Origin: a virus
Length of the DNA: 64,000 nt
Virus record (IMG/VR): IMGVR_UViG_3300048592_000418
Coordinates: 38,005 to 102,004 of that record
Reading direction: 5' to 3' (one strand)
The notes beneath the pieces are model-generated. The model did no database searches, was not told the origin of the DNA, and saw only the letters and a program-made list of their open reading frames with translations. The number at the start of each line of letters is the position of its first letter. The stretch's first letter is position 1. The position numbers and the translations under genes are program-made. Shown one piece after another: positions 1-9,414 of this stretch.

Positions 1-1
1 T

Positions 2-418
2 TCTGATTATTACAACGGTTACAAAAGCCGGGACACGTTCCGGCGCTCCGTCCAGTTCAAGCACAACGGCACGCACAACGCTTACGAGGCGACGGAAGTG
101 AAGATCGATGTCGCAGCGCTGCGCGAAAAACTTTCCGAAGTCATGACATTCGCCGAGCACAACGAAGCGCGGCTGGCGCAACGGCGCGAGACGCTGACGG
201 CCGCGGAGCATCACGCGAAAGAGCGCGCGCGGAATTTCAAAGACCGGCTGATCGCGGAAGGCTTGGAAAAATTCCCGGTCAGTCCGTCTGATCTGTGCAT
301 AGAACTGGATCACGACGCGAAGAAGGACATGGATCGGCCGGTGAAAATCGCGCTGCGCATGGACGACGATGACGCGATTCAGGTGATCGCGCTTGTGAAT
401 AAACTGCTGAAAAAATAG
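2..418 (+). CDS. Hypothetical protein, 5' truncated by the window edge
   Basis: Frame of ORF 98..418 stays open back to position 2. Confidence 0.7.
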   Translation, partial: SDYYNGYKSRDTFRRSVQFKHNGTHNAYEATEVKIDVAALREKLSEVMTFAEHNEARLAQRRETLTAAEHHAKERARNFKDRLIAEGLEKFPVSPSDLCIELDHDAKKDMDRPVKIALRMDDDDAIQVIALVNKLLKK

Positions 419-420
419 GC

Positions 421-455
421 TTGCACGCGTCGCGGCGGGAACCATGAATGGTTCC
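421..455 (+). promoter_or_regulatory. Putative promoter with dyad GGAACC-ATGAAT-GGTTCC (438-455) upstream of the helicase
   Basis: TTGCAC at 421-426 in an intergenic gap; same dyad arms as 10 other sites. Confidence 0.75.
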
Positions 456-497
456 GCGACACGAAAAAATCGAATTCAGCGGAGAACCCGCTAACCC

Positions 498-2651
498 ATG
501 ACGACGAACTTAGACGATAAATTCAACCGGCCGGATCCTGTCTTCCGCGCTCCCATTGCGACGGCGCCAGTCTCGAAGGACAAAAACCCGCCGGTCTGGC
601 CGGAGAAATTCCGCGCCGTGCTGTCCGTGCTGAAGTGGGACGAAGAAGATCTGGAAGTCCCGACGAAATACGGTCCGCGGCTGCTGCGGAAGGCATTCCC
701 GACACCGCAGTTTTACGAGCTTTGGCGCGACGAAAAGCCGGCGCTGAAAGAGCTGGGGATCTCGCTCGGACGCAATCCGCGAACGGACGAGTGGGAAGTT
801 TGCCTGTGGCGCGAACTCCCGAAGGAACGCACTGCCGAGCGCGAAGCGGCGAAGGCGGCAAGCCGCGCGACGGATGCCGTGATCGATGTTCCGAAGCCGG
901 ACGGGCTGGAATATCTCGGCTATCAGCGCGCGGGGATCGCGTTTGGCATGCACCGGCCGGCGACGCTGATCGGCGATGAAATGGGACTGGGGAAGACGAT
1001 TCAGGCAATCGGCATCATGAATGTCGACACGGCCGCGAAGCGGATTCTCGTCCTTTGCCCGGCGTCGCTGAAGCTGAACTGGCACCGCGAGCTGACGAAA
1101 TGGCTCGTTCGGAAGCGCATCATTTTCGTCGGCGACTCGAAGGTTTGCCCGGATCTCGCCGACGGGATCGTGATCATCAATTACGACGTGCTGCACAAGC
1201 ACGCGGACTTCCTGCATTCCGTCGTTTGGGACATCGTTGTTGCGGACGAAGCGCACTACCTGAAGAACCGGAAGGCGCGCCGCTCGGAAATGGTTTTCGG
1301 TTACAAGCCGACGAAGAAGGAAGCGTTCAACGGCGCCGTCGAAAAGCCGGCGATTCAGGCGAAGCGGAAGATCTTCCTGACGGGAACGCCGATTGCGAAC
1401 CGCACCGCGGAGCTGTTTCCGATCATTCACTATCTGGATCCGGTTTCATGGCCGACCTTCTTCGGCTACGCGCGGCGCTATTGCGCGGCGACGCAGGGCG
1501 CGCACGGCTGGGACTTTTCCGGCGCGTCGAATCTGGAAGAGCTTCAGGACAAACTTCGGCAAACGATCATGGTTCGCCGGCTGAAAAAAGACGTGCTGAA
1601 GGAACTCCCGCCGAAGCGGCGCCAGATCATCGAAATCCCCGCGGAAAAAGACATGGTTGCGGACATTCGCGCGGAAATGGACGCGTATGATCGCGCCATG
1701 AGCGGCGAGGGGATCGAACAGCTCGAAGTTGAAGCCGAGCTGGCGAAGGCGTCCGACGATCCGGAGGTTTACAAGCGGGCCGTTGAAAAGCTGAAGAAGG
1801 CCGGACAGGCGGCGTTCACGATGATCAGCGCGGTCCGCGCGGCGACGGCGGAGCGCAAGATCCGGATGCAGGCTGTCCGCGATCATCTCGAAGAAGCCGT
1901 TGAGAACAGCGGGAAGGTGATCATTTTCGCGCATCACAAAACCGTCGTTGCCGCGATTCTGGAACAGTTCGGCAACGCGGCCGTGGCAATCGTCGGCGAC
2001 ACGCCGATGAAGGATCGGCAAGACAACGTTGACCGCTTTCAAAAGGATCCGACGTGCAAGGTGATCGTCGGCTCGTTCGGCGCGATGGGAGTCGGGCACA
2101 CGCTGACGGCTTCGAGTCACGTGATCATGGTGGAACTCGACTGGGTTCCCGGCAACGTGACGCAGGCGGAGGATCGCGCGCACCGTATCGGGCAACTGGA
2201 AAACGTGCTCGTGCAACACTTGGTTCTCGAAGGTTCGCTGGACGCGCGGATCGCGAACAAGATCGTCGAAAAGCAGGACATCATTGATCGCGCGCTGGAC
2301 AAAATCACGCTCGCCGCGGCGCCGATCAGCGTTCGGCCGAAGCGGAAGAGCGATGACGCAGCGACGGCCGGCGCGACGCCGGACAAGCTCGCCGAAGTCG
2401 GCGCGAAGCTGACGAACGACCAGATCGCCATGATTCACGAAGGGCTGAAGCGGCTCGCCGGAGTCTGCAACGGCGCCGTGGACTGGGACGGGATGGGTTT
2501 CAGCAAAATCGACACGATGATCGGAAAGTCGCTCGCGTTCTCTGCGTTCCTGTCCCGGAAACAGGCGGCGCTCGGAATGCGCCTGTGCATCAAATACCGC
2601 GGGCAGCTCGGCGACGGCATGATCGCGCGCATCAAAGGGGACATGGTATGA
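498..2651 (+). CDS. SNF2-family (SMARCAL1/HARP-like) helicase/ATPase
   Basis: GDEMGLGKT, DEAH, LTGTPIAN and QAEDRAHRIGQ motifs. Confidence 0.93.
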   Translation: MTTNLDDKFNRPDPVFRAPIATAPVSKDKNPPVWPEKFRAVLSVLKWDEEDLEVPTKYGPRLLRKAFPTPQFYELWRDEKPALKELGISLGRNPRTDEWEVCLWRELPKERTAEREAAKAASRATDAVIDVPKPDGLEYLGYQRAGIAFGMHRPATLIGDEMGLGKTIQAIGIMNVDTAAKRILVLCPASLKLNWHRELTKWLVRKRIIFVGDSKVCPDLADGIVIINYDVLHKHADFLHSVVWDIVVADEAHYLKNRKARRSEMVFGYKPTKKEAFNGAVEKPAIQAKRKIFLTGTPIANRTAELFPIIHYLDPVSWPTFFGYARRYCAATQGAHGWDFSGASNLEELQDKLRQTIMVRRLKKDVLKELPPKRRQIIEIPAEKDMVADIRAEMDAYDRAMSGEGIEQLEVEAELAKASDDPEVYKRAVEKLKKAGQAAFTMISAVRAATAERKIRMQAVRDHLEEAVENSGKVIIFAHHKTVVAAILEQFGNAAVAIVGDTPMKDRQDNVDRFQKDPTCKVIVGSFGAMGVGHTLTASSHVIMVELDWVPGNVTQAEDRAHRIGQLENVLVQHLVLEGSLDARIANKIVEKQDIIDRALDKITLAAAPISVRPKRKSDDAATAGATPDKLAEVGAKLTNDQIAMIHEGLKRLAGVCNGAVDWDGMGFSKIDTMIGKSLAFSAFLSRKQAALGMRLCIKYRGQLGDGMIARIKGDMV

Positions 2652-3058
2652 CGATCACGGCGGAAATGCAGCGCGCAATTGAACGCGCTCGGCACAACGG
2701 CGGAAAGCTGAAGCGGCTTGTCGGCGGCTACTGGATCGGCGTGAACGATTCGGTTTCCGGCGGACACTTCAGCACGCGCACCGTTGAAGCGCTCGTGTCT
2801 CGCGGAGTCATGATCTACTCGGCGAAGCGCAGCGGCCGGAACGGCGAGTTCCCCGTTGAAGCTACGCTGAAGGAAATCGCGCAGAAGGTGGGCGCCGAGC
2901 CGGTGATCGGAACGCGGCGGGCCGGCGCGGCACGGTTCAGCAAGGGCGCGCGGGAAGCCATTGCCGACTTGCGCGGCGTCACGGACGAGACGCCGGCGCG
3001 AAGCATCGAACGCGAGCCGAAGCGAATCGGGGATTTGCTTCCCGGACTGGACGCATGA
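2648..3058 (+). CDS. Hypothetical protein
   Basis: ATGA overlaps at both ends. Confidence 0.7.
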   Translation: MTITAEMQRAIERARHNGGKLKRLVGGYWIGVNDSVSGGHFSTRTVEALVSRGVMIYSAKRSGRNGEFPVEATLKEIAQKVGAEPVIGTRRAGAARFSKGAREAIADLRGVTDETPARSIEREPKRIGDLLPGLDA

Positions 3059-3519
3059 GCAAGCCGCGAATGAACGAGCAAACGTCTCGGCTTTCCGAGA
3101 CGCTGCTTCACATGGCACCGGGCGAATGCGGAGTGTGCAAGCGCACGGCGAGCGATCCGGACGTGAAGCGCATGGAACTTTGGCAGGAACACGATCACAA
3201 CGATAAGCCGGAACAGCGGTTCGTTTGGTTGTGCGACACGTGCGCAGGACATATTATCGATCCGCATCCGCGGCTTTACGCGCGACTGGATCCGAACGCG
3301 CCGGCGCCGGGCGCAATGGAGATTTGCCGGAAGTGCGTCCATCGCCGCGGCTGGAAATGCACGCAGACAAAGGCGAGCGGCGGGCCGGGGATCGTCGTGA
3401 ACGCAACGAAGGGGATGACGGTTCACATTGACGGCACGAAGAACGGGAAGCGATTCGGATTCTGGCACACGACATTTCCCGCTCCGCCGAGCGGATGCAC
3501 CGGACGAAAGGAACGATGA
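3055..3519 (+). CDS. Cys-rich (CxxC) putative zinc-binding protein
   Basis: CGVC, CDTC, CRKC; ATGA overlaps. Confidence 0.65.
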   Translation: MSKPRMNEQTSRLSETLLHMAPGECGVCKRTASDPDVKRMELWQEHDHNDKPEQRFVWLCDTCAGHIIDPHPRLYARLDPNAPAPGAMEICRKCVHRRGWKCTQTKASGGPGIVVNATKGMTVHIDGTKNGKRFGFWHTTFPAPPSGCTGRKER

Positions 3520-3881
3520 AAACGATCAGCGATCATTTTGACAAAGCGCTTCAGGGCTGGGGCGGGACGCCGGTGGCAACGTGTCAATGCGGCCGGATTC
3601 ACTTCGCGGAGAGCGGCGAAAACATGGATCCCGGCGAGCTGGACGCGCTGAAGGCGAAGCGCAAGGCGGACCCGAGCAAATACATCACAGCGGAAGGCGA
3701 TGGCGTCGGCGTGATCACCTTCAACGGCGTCACGCACGTCTGGAATTGTCCGTGCGAATCGCTCGCGCGGATCGAAGAATGGATTTGGGCGCATCGCGAG
3801 ACGATCACGCGTTACCTGCGCGCGCGACTGGACGCCGAAGCGAAGGCGGCAACGGAACAGGCGGAGCGGCTGAAGCTATGA
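3516..3881 (+). CDS. Hypothetical protein
   Basis: ATGA-coupled; CQCG and CPC motifs. Confidence 0.7.
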   Translation: MKTISDHFDKALQGWGGTPVATCQCGRIHFAESGENMDPGELDALKAKRKADPSKYITAEGDGVGVITFNGVTHVWNCPCESLARIEEWIWAHRETITRYLRARLDAEAKAATEQAERLKL

Positions 3882-4222
3882 TTCCCGACGCCGATTCATT
3901 CCTGAAGCTGATTTCAAATCGCGAGCAAGTGATCGCCGCGATCCTCGCGGACATGGATTCATGCGCGAAGAACGCCGAAGCGTTCGCGAAGCTGTGCGAG
4001 CTGTTCGACGCGGGAAAGGAAGTCAGCACGGAAAAGGCGTTGAAGGCGGCGGCGAAGTCGCTGCGGCACTCGAACGAGGTAAACCGGCGCATGATGTTTC
4101 TGCTGCTGGTTTACGTCAGCGGAAGTCACTTCACCGGCGACGCGGCCGGCATCATGGTAAAGCTCGGACGCGGGGAAGAAGCGCTGAAGGCCGTTTTCGA
4201 CCAAAAGCTGAAGGGCCGCTGA
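3878..4222 (+). CDS. Hypothetical protein
   Basis: ATGA-coupled, typical codon usage. Confidence 0.7.
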   Translation: MIPDADSFLKLISNREQVIAAILADMDSCAKNAEAFAKLCELFDAGKEVSTEKALKAAAKSLRHSNEVNRRMMFLLLVYVSGSHFTGDAAGIMVKLGRGEEALKAVFDQKLKGR

Positions 4223-4327
4223 TGGTCGCGATTCGTGAACAGTTCAGTCCGCCGAGCGAAACGCGCCGAGCATGGCGCCGGTTCGTGCAAGCGCTCGCGC
4301 GTTTGTGTTGGCGCCTGAAATTAGGGC

Positions 4328-4363
4328 TTTACTTGTGCTCACGCTGGAACCATTCATGGTTCC
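4328..4363 (+). promoter_or_regulatory. Putative promoter with dyad GGAACC-ATTCAT-GGTTCC (4346-4363) upstream of the SSB operon
   Basis: Exact reverse complement of the 438-455 site; followed by ACGAAACGAAA-ATG. Confidence 0.7.
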
Positions 4364-4379
4364 GAATTACGAAACGAAA

Positions 4380-4817
4380 ATGAAAACGACACCGATTATC
4401 GCTCAAGTTTGGGCGACAGCGTTCGCCGGCGCGCCGTCAGAATGGCCGGAATGGTTCGCGCTTTGGTATGACACGAACACGCCGATTCCGCGTTGCACGG
4501 AGCCGAGCGCGAACATTCTCGAATCACTCGCGGAAGAATTCCGCGAAGGCGATGAAGCGGCCGGCGAGGTTCGCGCGACATGCCTGAACTGGCAGCGCGA
4601 TCCGTGCTTCGATCTGACGGAATATGATCACGTCGCGAAATGGATCGGTTCGCGTGCGTGGACTGCCGTTCATCAGTGGGAAGACGCTTGGCAAACCTAC
4701 TGGCAGCAAAAGAAGGCTCGCGGCGAGGAAGTCGCTCGCGAAATGTTTTTTCACTGGCGCGAGACATTCGCCAACGAAGCCGTCGCGCGCTTCCTCAAAA
4801 ACGCAAAGCATCCGTCA
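4380..4817 (+). CDS. Trp-rich hypothetical protein; no stop here, frame stays open to 6479
   Basis: Protein-like sequence MKTTPII...NAKHPS, then low-complexity read-through over ssb. Confidence 0.55.
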
Positions 4818-4819
4818 TC

Positions 4820-5302
4820 ATGGCATCATTCGACAAAACGATCCTCATCGGGAATCTCGTCCGGGATCCCGAACTCCGCGTCACGCCGAAAGGCACCCCG
4901 ATCTGTCAGTTCGGGATCGCCATCAATCACACGTATCAGCTCGAAAGTGGAGAAAAGCGCGAAGAAGTCGTCTTTCTCGACTGCGAATGCTGGGGAAAGC
5001 GTGGCGAGACAATCGCGAAATACTTCACGAAAGGAAAACCGATCCTTGTCGAGGGCCGGCACAAGCTCGAACAGTGGGAAGACAAAAACACGAAGCAAAA
5101 GCGCAGCCGGATCAAAATCGTCGTTGAACAGTTCCGCTTCGTTGACTCCGCTCGTTCACGCGAAGACGGCGACGGCGGCGGCGACGAAGACGACGATCAC
5201 CGGACGCCGGCGCGCAGTTCTGGCGGGAGCGCTCCCGGCCGCGGATCAGGCGCGTCTAGACCCGCAAGCAACGAAAATCTCGACGAAGACGTTCCCTTCT
5301 GA
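4820..5302 (+). CDS. ssb: Single-stranded DNA-binding protein
   Basis: LIGNLVRDPELR, VEGR, acidic tail DEDVPF. Confidence 0.96.
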   Translation: MASFDKTILIGNLVRDPELRVTPKGTPICQFGIAINHTYQLESGEKREEVVFLDCECWGKRGETIAKYFTKGKPILVEGRHKLEQWEDKNTKQKRSRIKIVVEQFRFVDSARSREDGDGGGDEDDDHRTPARSSGGSAPGRGSGASRPASNENLDEDVPF

Positions 5303-5304
5303 TC

Positions 5305-5586
5305 ATGGATCCAAACGCAACGACGGTGGAGATCGAAGCGGCGCGCCTGTCGCGGGAACAGTCGCTTCAGATCGGGACGACTCACGACGCGCTGACGCGA
5401 GTCATGCGGGTTCTGGATTGCACGCCGGCGACGGCCGCGGGACTTCTGCGGCAAGCCTTCCTTCGGGACATGGCGAAACCGCCGGCGCAACGGGAAGGGC
5501 TGGCGAACTCGCTCGCGGCCGTGATGGCAGCGCGGTTCCCGCTGCTGATGCGGGACAAAAACGGCCGGCTGACGCTGGCGCGCTGA
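5305..5586 (+). CDS. Hypothetical protein
   Basis: Tightly spaced after ssb, typical codon usage. Confidence 0.65.
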   Translation: MDPNATTVEIEAARLSREQSLQIGTTHDALTRVMRVLDCTPATAAGLLRQAFLRDMAKPPAQREGLANSLAAVMAARFPLLMRDKNGRLTLAR

Positions 5587-5589
5587 TCC

Positions 5590-6171
5590 ATGAACCCGGA
5601 AGCATGGAAACCGATAAACCCGGAGCCGCCGGGCGAGCCGATGATCGTTCACAAGGGCCGGAGCACGGGGAAAAGCGTGCTGATGGTGGGCGCGAACTTC
5701 GGCAAATCGGAAACGCTGCGGCAGCAAGTCGCGGCGCTGCTGGCAGCGGATCACCGGCTGTTCGTGGTTCCGCAGAACCCGCCGGCGGAAGTGCTCGAAG
5801 CGCTGCGGGCGGAGCGCGCGAGGGAAGCGGAGCACTGGATCTTCCGGGACGAGCTGAAGACGCCGGCGGAAATCCGGGCGCTGCTGGGTCGCGAAGTGGT
5901 GATCGTGGCGCACGAAGCAAACCCGATGATCACGGCGGAAAGCATCCTCGCGGCGAAAGAAAAACTGATGCAGGAACCGCCGGCGTTTCAAAAGATCGTC
6001 GCGGAGCGGATCCCGATCAGCGCGGACACAAACGCAACCGAACCTTGGCCGGAGCCGTCGGACAAGCCGGCGAAACGGCCGCGGGGATTCGCGAAGGCGA
6101 AGGGCTGGAAGGCAAAGCAGCGGGCGAAGCGAAAGGCGCAACGTCGGGCAAGGCAGCGCGCGCGCGGCTGA
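5590..6171 (+). CDS. Hypothetical protein with basic C-terminus
   Basis: Tight spacing, typical codon usage. Confidence 0.65.
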   Translation: MNPEAWKPINPEPPGEPMIVHKGRSTGKSVLMVGANFGKSETLRQQVAALLAADHRLFVVPQNPPAEVLEALRAERAREAEHWIFRDELKTPAEIRALLGREVVIVAHEANPMITAESILAAKEKLMQEPPAFQKIVAERIPISADTNATEPWPEPSDKPAKRPRGFAKAKGWKAKQRAKRKAQRRARQRARG

Positions 6172-6479
6172 AGTGGGAATTCGAGGCGCCGCTTTACACC
6201 GGCGACGAACGAGCGCGGGGCGCATGCATCAAAGCGACGGACGCGGCCGGGAAGCTCGTTCACTGGATCCCGCTCGGCGCCTATCCGTCGGACTCGCATC
6301 AGGCGAGCGCGCGCGAAATGGTCCGGCTGCTGAACGACGCGGAAGACATGCGGGCGCCGGTTCCGGAGCTGGAAGGCTCGTTTCCGCTCGTCCTTTACTT
6401 CGGCAGTCAGGCGGACGCGGACGAGTTCACGCGCATCGCGCAGGCGGCACAACCCGGATTGACGGCGAAGCAGCTATGA
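6168..6479 (+). CDS. Hypothetical protein (CTG start, or C-terminal part of the 4380 frame)
   Basis: Protein-like KWEFEAPLYTG...; CTGA sits where an ATGA overlap is expected. Confidence 0.5.
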   Translation: MKWEFEAPLYTGDERARGACIKATDAAGKLVHWIPLGAYPSDSHQASAREMVRLLNDAEDMRAPVPELEGSFPLVLYFGSQADADEFTRIAQAAQPGLTAKQL

Positions 6480-6721
6480 CGGAAGCCGAACCTGTCCTTC
6501 GCATGCCGGAACACCGGGCGCGCGTCCATCGCTACCGGCGCGCCGGCGGAACGCGTCAGGAATGGCGCTGTGCGGCCGGCTGCGGCTTTCACGCGGCCGG
6601 AAGCACGGAAGGCGATGCACTGTTTAACATGCGCCAGCATTTCGACGGGAAAACGTGCTGCGCTCTCACAACGGGCATGAAGGCGACGGGCCGATTTATG
6701 CCACCCGCGAGCTTCCAATGA
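6476..6721 (+). CDS. Small hypothetical protein, possible zinc finger
   Basis: ATGA overlaps at both ends; CAAGC...H. Confidence 0.55.
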   Translation: MTEAEPVLRMPEHRARVHRYRRAGGTRQEWRCAAGCGFHAAGSTEGDALFNMRQHFDGKTCCALTTGMKATGRFMPPASFQ

Positions 6722-7224
6722 AGAACGAGTGCGTTTTTTCACCGTGCCGCGGCTGGCGTTACACGCTCGAACACGTGATCGAAGAAGCTCCGCCGCTGAT
6801 CGCCGCTCGGCGCATGCAATGGATCGGGCTGAATCCGAGCACGGCGGACGAGAACGAGCTGGACAACACGCTTCGTCGCGTCCGCGCGTTCTCACTCGCG
6901 GCCGGATTCGGCGGGTTCATCATGACGAACGTGTTCGCATGGCGCGCGACGAAGCCGGCGGACATGAAGAAGCAGCCGGATCCCATCGGGCCGGAGAACG
7001 ACGCTTGGCTGATGCGCGTCGCCGAGCGCTGCGAAGCTCACGTTGCATGCTGGGGAGGCATCGCGAATTTCCCGCGCGCTCTCCGGCCGCGGGCGGCGAC
7101 TGTGCGGCTGATGTTCTCGCGCGCGAATCGGCCGTTGCTGTGCCTGAAGATTGCCGCGGACGGATCGCCGTGGCATCCGCTTTACGTTGACGGCGACACG
7201 CCGCTTAAACCCTACGTGATATGA
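6718..7224 (+). CDS. DUF1643-family protein
   Basis: WRYTL, IGLNPSTAD, NVFAWRAT, GPENDAWL, WG, HPLY. Confidence 0.88.
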   Translation: MKNECVFSPCRGWRYTLEHVIEEAPPLIAARRMQWIGLNPSTADENELDNTLRRVRAFSLAAGFGGFIMTNVFAWRATKPADMKKQPDPIGPENDAWLMRVAERCEAHVACWGGIANFPRALRPRAATVRLMFSRANRPLLCLKIAADGSPWHPLYVDGDTPLKPYVI

Positions 7225-7469
7225 AAACGGTGAAGATCCTTTCGTCTCGAAGCACGATGGACGGCGAAGAACGTCGCGCGCTCGCACTCGCCGAAGCGCT
7301 CGGCGTCGTTGCGACGAAGGCGAGGAAAAAGGCGCGCGACATAATTCCGATTGCGTGCGTTGAAGTCGCGAAGCGCTTCCCGGCCGGGACTGATTTCAGG
7401 AAGGATCTCACGTCGCGAGCTGAAGCGCGTCAGCTTGTCGAACAGCTTCAACGCGCGACAAAATCATGA
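7221..7469 (+). CDS. Hypothetical protein
   Basis: ATGA-coupled at both ends. Confidence 0.6.
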   Translation: MKTVKILSSRSTMDGEERRALALAEALGVVATKARKKARDIIPIACVEVAKRFPAGTDFRKDLTSRAEARQLVEQLQRATKS

Positions 7470-7999
7470 TGAACGAAAACGAACACTTGCTGACCGTGCT
7501 CGGCGAAGAAGGCGGCGAAGTCGCCAAAGAATGCGCGAAGGCGCTGCGCTTCGGCATTGCCGACAAGCTGACGCTGGATCCGGAAGGGCCGCGCGGGACG
7601 GAAGGTCCGACGAACGCGGAAAAGATCGTTGCCGAGCTGAACGACTTGCTCGGCGTCGCGCGCATGCTTGTTTCCCGCGGCGTCATCCCGGCGGGCTGGG
7701 AAAGCGAGGCGCGCCAGCAGCGGAAGATCCGGCGCGTGATCCAATACATGAATTACGCTGTCAGGGTGGACGCGCTCCGCGATTTTACGGTTCGCGACGC
7801 AATCGAAGTTGAAGCGCTTCCCATCGCGCCGGGCGCGTTGACGACGCGGACCGGCGACAAGATCACGCACGTCGGAATGGACGTGCTCGGCATTCATGCC
7901 GGCGAAGACGATTGCGCATGCATCGCGGACACGAACGGCACGCACTGGGCAACGGGCGACAAAGACGGCCGCAAGGTCCGCGTGCGCGTTCAGAACTGA
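7466..7999 (+). CDS. MazG-like nucleotide pyrophosphohydrolase
   Basis: LGEEGGEV...KALRFG...ELNDLL (EExxE/ExxD). Confidence 0.72.
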   Translation: MMNENEHLLTVLGEEGGEVAKECAKALRFGIADKLTLDPEGPRGTEGPTNAEKIVAELNDLLGVARMLVSRGVIPAGWESEARQQRKIRRVIQYMNYAVRVDALRDFTVRDAIEVEALPIAPGALTTRTGDKITHVGMDVLGIHAGEDDCACIADTNGTHWATGDKDGRKVRVRVQN

Positions 8000-8009
8000 G
8001 TTTTTCACC

Positions 8010-8228
8010 ATGAACACAATCGCAAAGCAGCTTGTCGCGGACATGGGCGCCGCGTTGATCGGCCGTGAGATTCACACGATTCCGTTCGGCGCATATCCCG
8101 GCGGAGTCGCGAAGGTGACGGAGCTGACGCCGGATCCGCAGGCGCCGGAAATCGTCATGCAAGTCGAACACCCGACGTTCGGATCCATCGGCGTGTTCGA
8201 GGACGAACCCGTTGAACTCGCTTCATGA
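8010..8228 (+). CDS. Hypothetical protein
   Basis: Typical codon usage, ATGA overlap downstream. Confidence 0.65.
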   Translation: MNTIAKQLVADMGAALIGREIHTIPFGAYPGGVAKVTELTPDPQAPEIVMQVEHPTFGSIGVFEDEPVELAS

Positions 8229-9142
8229 AGTCTGAAACGGGCGGGAAGAAGGTCGCGGAATTCGTTTTCGCATACAAGGGACCGGAGACGCAGCGCGCGC
8301 CGGAAGGCGAGCACGCGGAACCCGATGAAGACAGGAAGCCGCTTCCGCTCGTCCGCGATCAGAAATGCCGGATCGCCGTTTACGTCGTCTCGAAGCTGAA
8401 GGAAACGGATTCGCCACCCCATGAAACCGGCGAGTCATATTTCCGTCTGGAATGCGACGCGCCGAAGATGCGGCTCGAAGGAACGGACATCGAACTTTTG
8501 AGGAAGGAAGCGTTCGGCCGGTGCAATGAGCATTACGCGACGAAATGGGAACCCTACTTCATCGTTGAAGTTCGGCGCATCGGATTCTCGAACGGCTACG
8601 GGACGGATCTGGATTTTTGCTATCGCGAATGCTGGAAGGGAACCGCGCATGACGGGACGCTTTTACTGAAGGATCGCCACTGGGGAGAGCGTGACGAAAA
8701 GATCAGCGCATGGCCGGGCGAATTCCGGGACCGCGAAGGCAAGGTGATCGCGTGCATCCCGAAGACGCCGGCGAACAAGGTCGCGCTGGAACAGTTCACC
8801 GCGAAGATTGATCAGATTCGCGGCGCGCTCGCCGACATGCTGCGGCCGGAACTGATCATGCATACGCTTTTGAATCAGAATCAGCTCGCGCTTCGCGCGC
8901 CGAAGACGGCGCCGGCCGAATACGTGACGCACGCGCCAGTTCCGAACGAGATCACGGAGGAAATGATCGCACAGGTGACGGAGGCGATCCGCACTTCGGG
9001 GAAGGCGCACATTCACACGGCATTCGTTCAGCGGCGTTTGAAAATCGGATGGCTGCGCGGTCAGCGCGTGATTGAAGAGCTGAAGAAGCGATCCATTCTC
9101 GGCGACGAAACAGCGGCCGGTTTTATTATTCTTGCATCATGA
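8225..9142 (+). CDS. Protein with C-terminal FtsK-gamma-like winged helix
   Basis: TAFVQRRLKIGWLRGQRVIEELKKRSILG resembles S.LQRRLRIGYNRAARLI..LE..GI.G. Confidence 0.7.
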   Translation: MKSETGGKKVAEFVFAYKGPETQRAPEGEHAEPDEDRKPLPLVRDQKCRIAVYVVSKLKETDSPPHETGESYFRLECDAPKMRLEGTDIELLRKEAFGRCNEHYATKWEPYFIVEVRRIGFSNGYGTDLDFCYRECWKGTAHDGTLLLKDRHWGERDEKISAWPGEFRDREGKVIACIPKTPANKVALEQFTAKIDQIRGALADMLRPELIMHTLLNQNQLALRAPKTAPAEYVTHAPVPNEITEEMIAQVTEAIRTSGKAHIHTAFVQRRLKIGWLRGQRVIEELKKRSILGDETAAGFIILAS

Positions 9143-9414
9143 AGACGAAAAAACATCCCGAACCCGTCGTTGATCTTCGCGATTGTCCGCTGTGCGGCGC
9201 CGGCAATGCCGACGGCGAAAACAACGTGCGATTTAGCGCGCAGGTTTTCGGCACGATTCACAGCCGGCCGACGCATTCGGACATTGATCCGCCGAATCAC
9301 TTCTTCCAAGCCTGTCAAATGGTCCGGTGCAACGTCTGCGGAATCACGCTGATCGATACGCGTGATGCGAAGAAGGAATGGAACGAAGGGCGCGGCCGTT
9401 ACTCGCGAAAATGA
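9139..9414 (+). CDS. Lar/restriction-alleviation-like zinc-ribbon protein
   Basis: LRDCPLCGA...VRCNVCG...AKKEWN. Confidence 0.55.
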   Translation: MKTKKHPEPVVDLRDCPLCGAGNADGENNVRFSAQVFGTIHSRPTHSDIDPPNHFFQACQMVRCNVCGITLIDTRDAKKEWNEGRGRYSRK

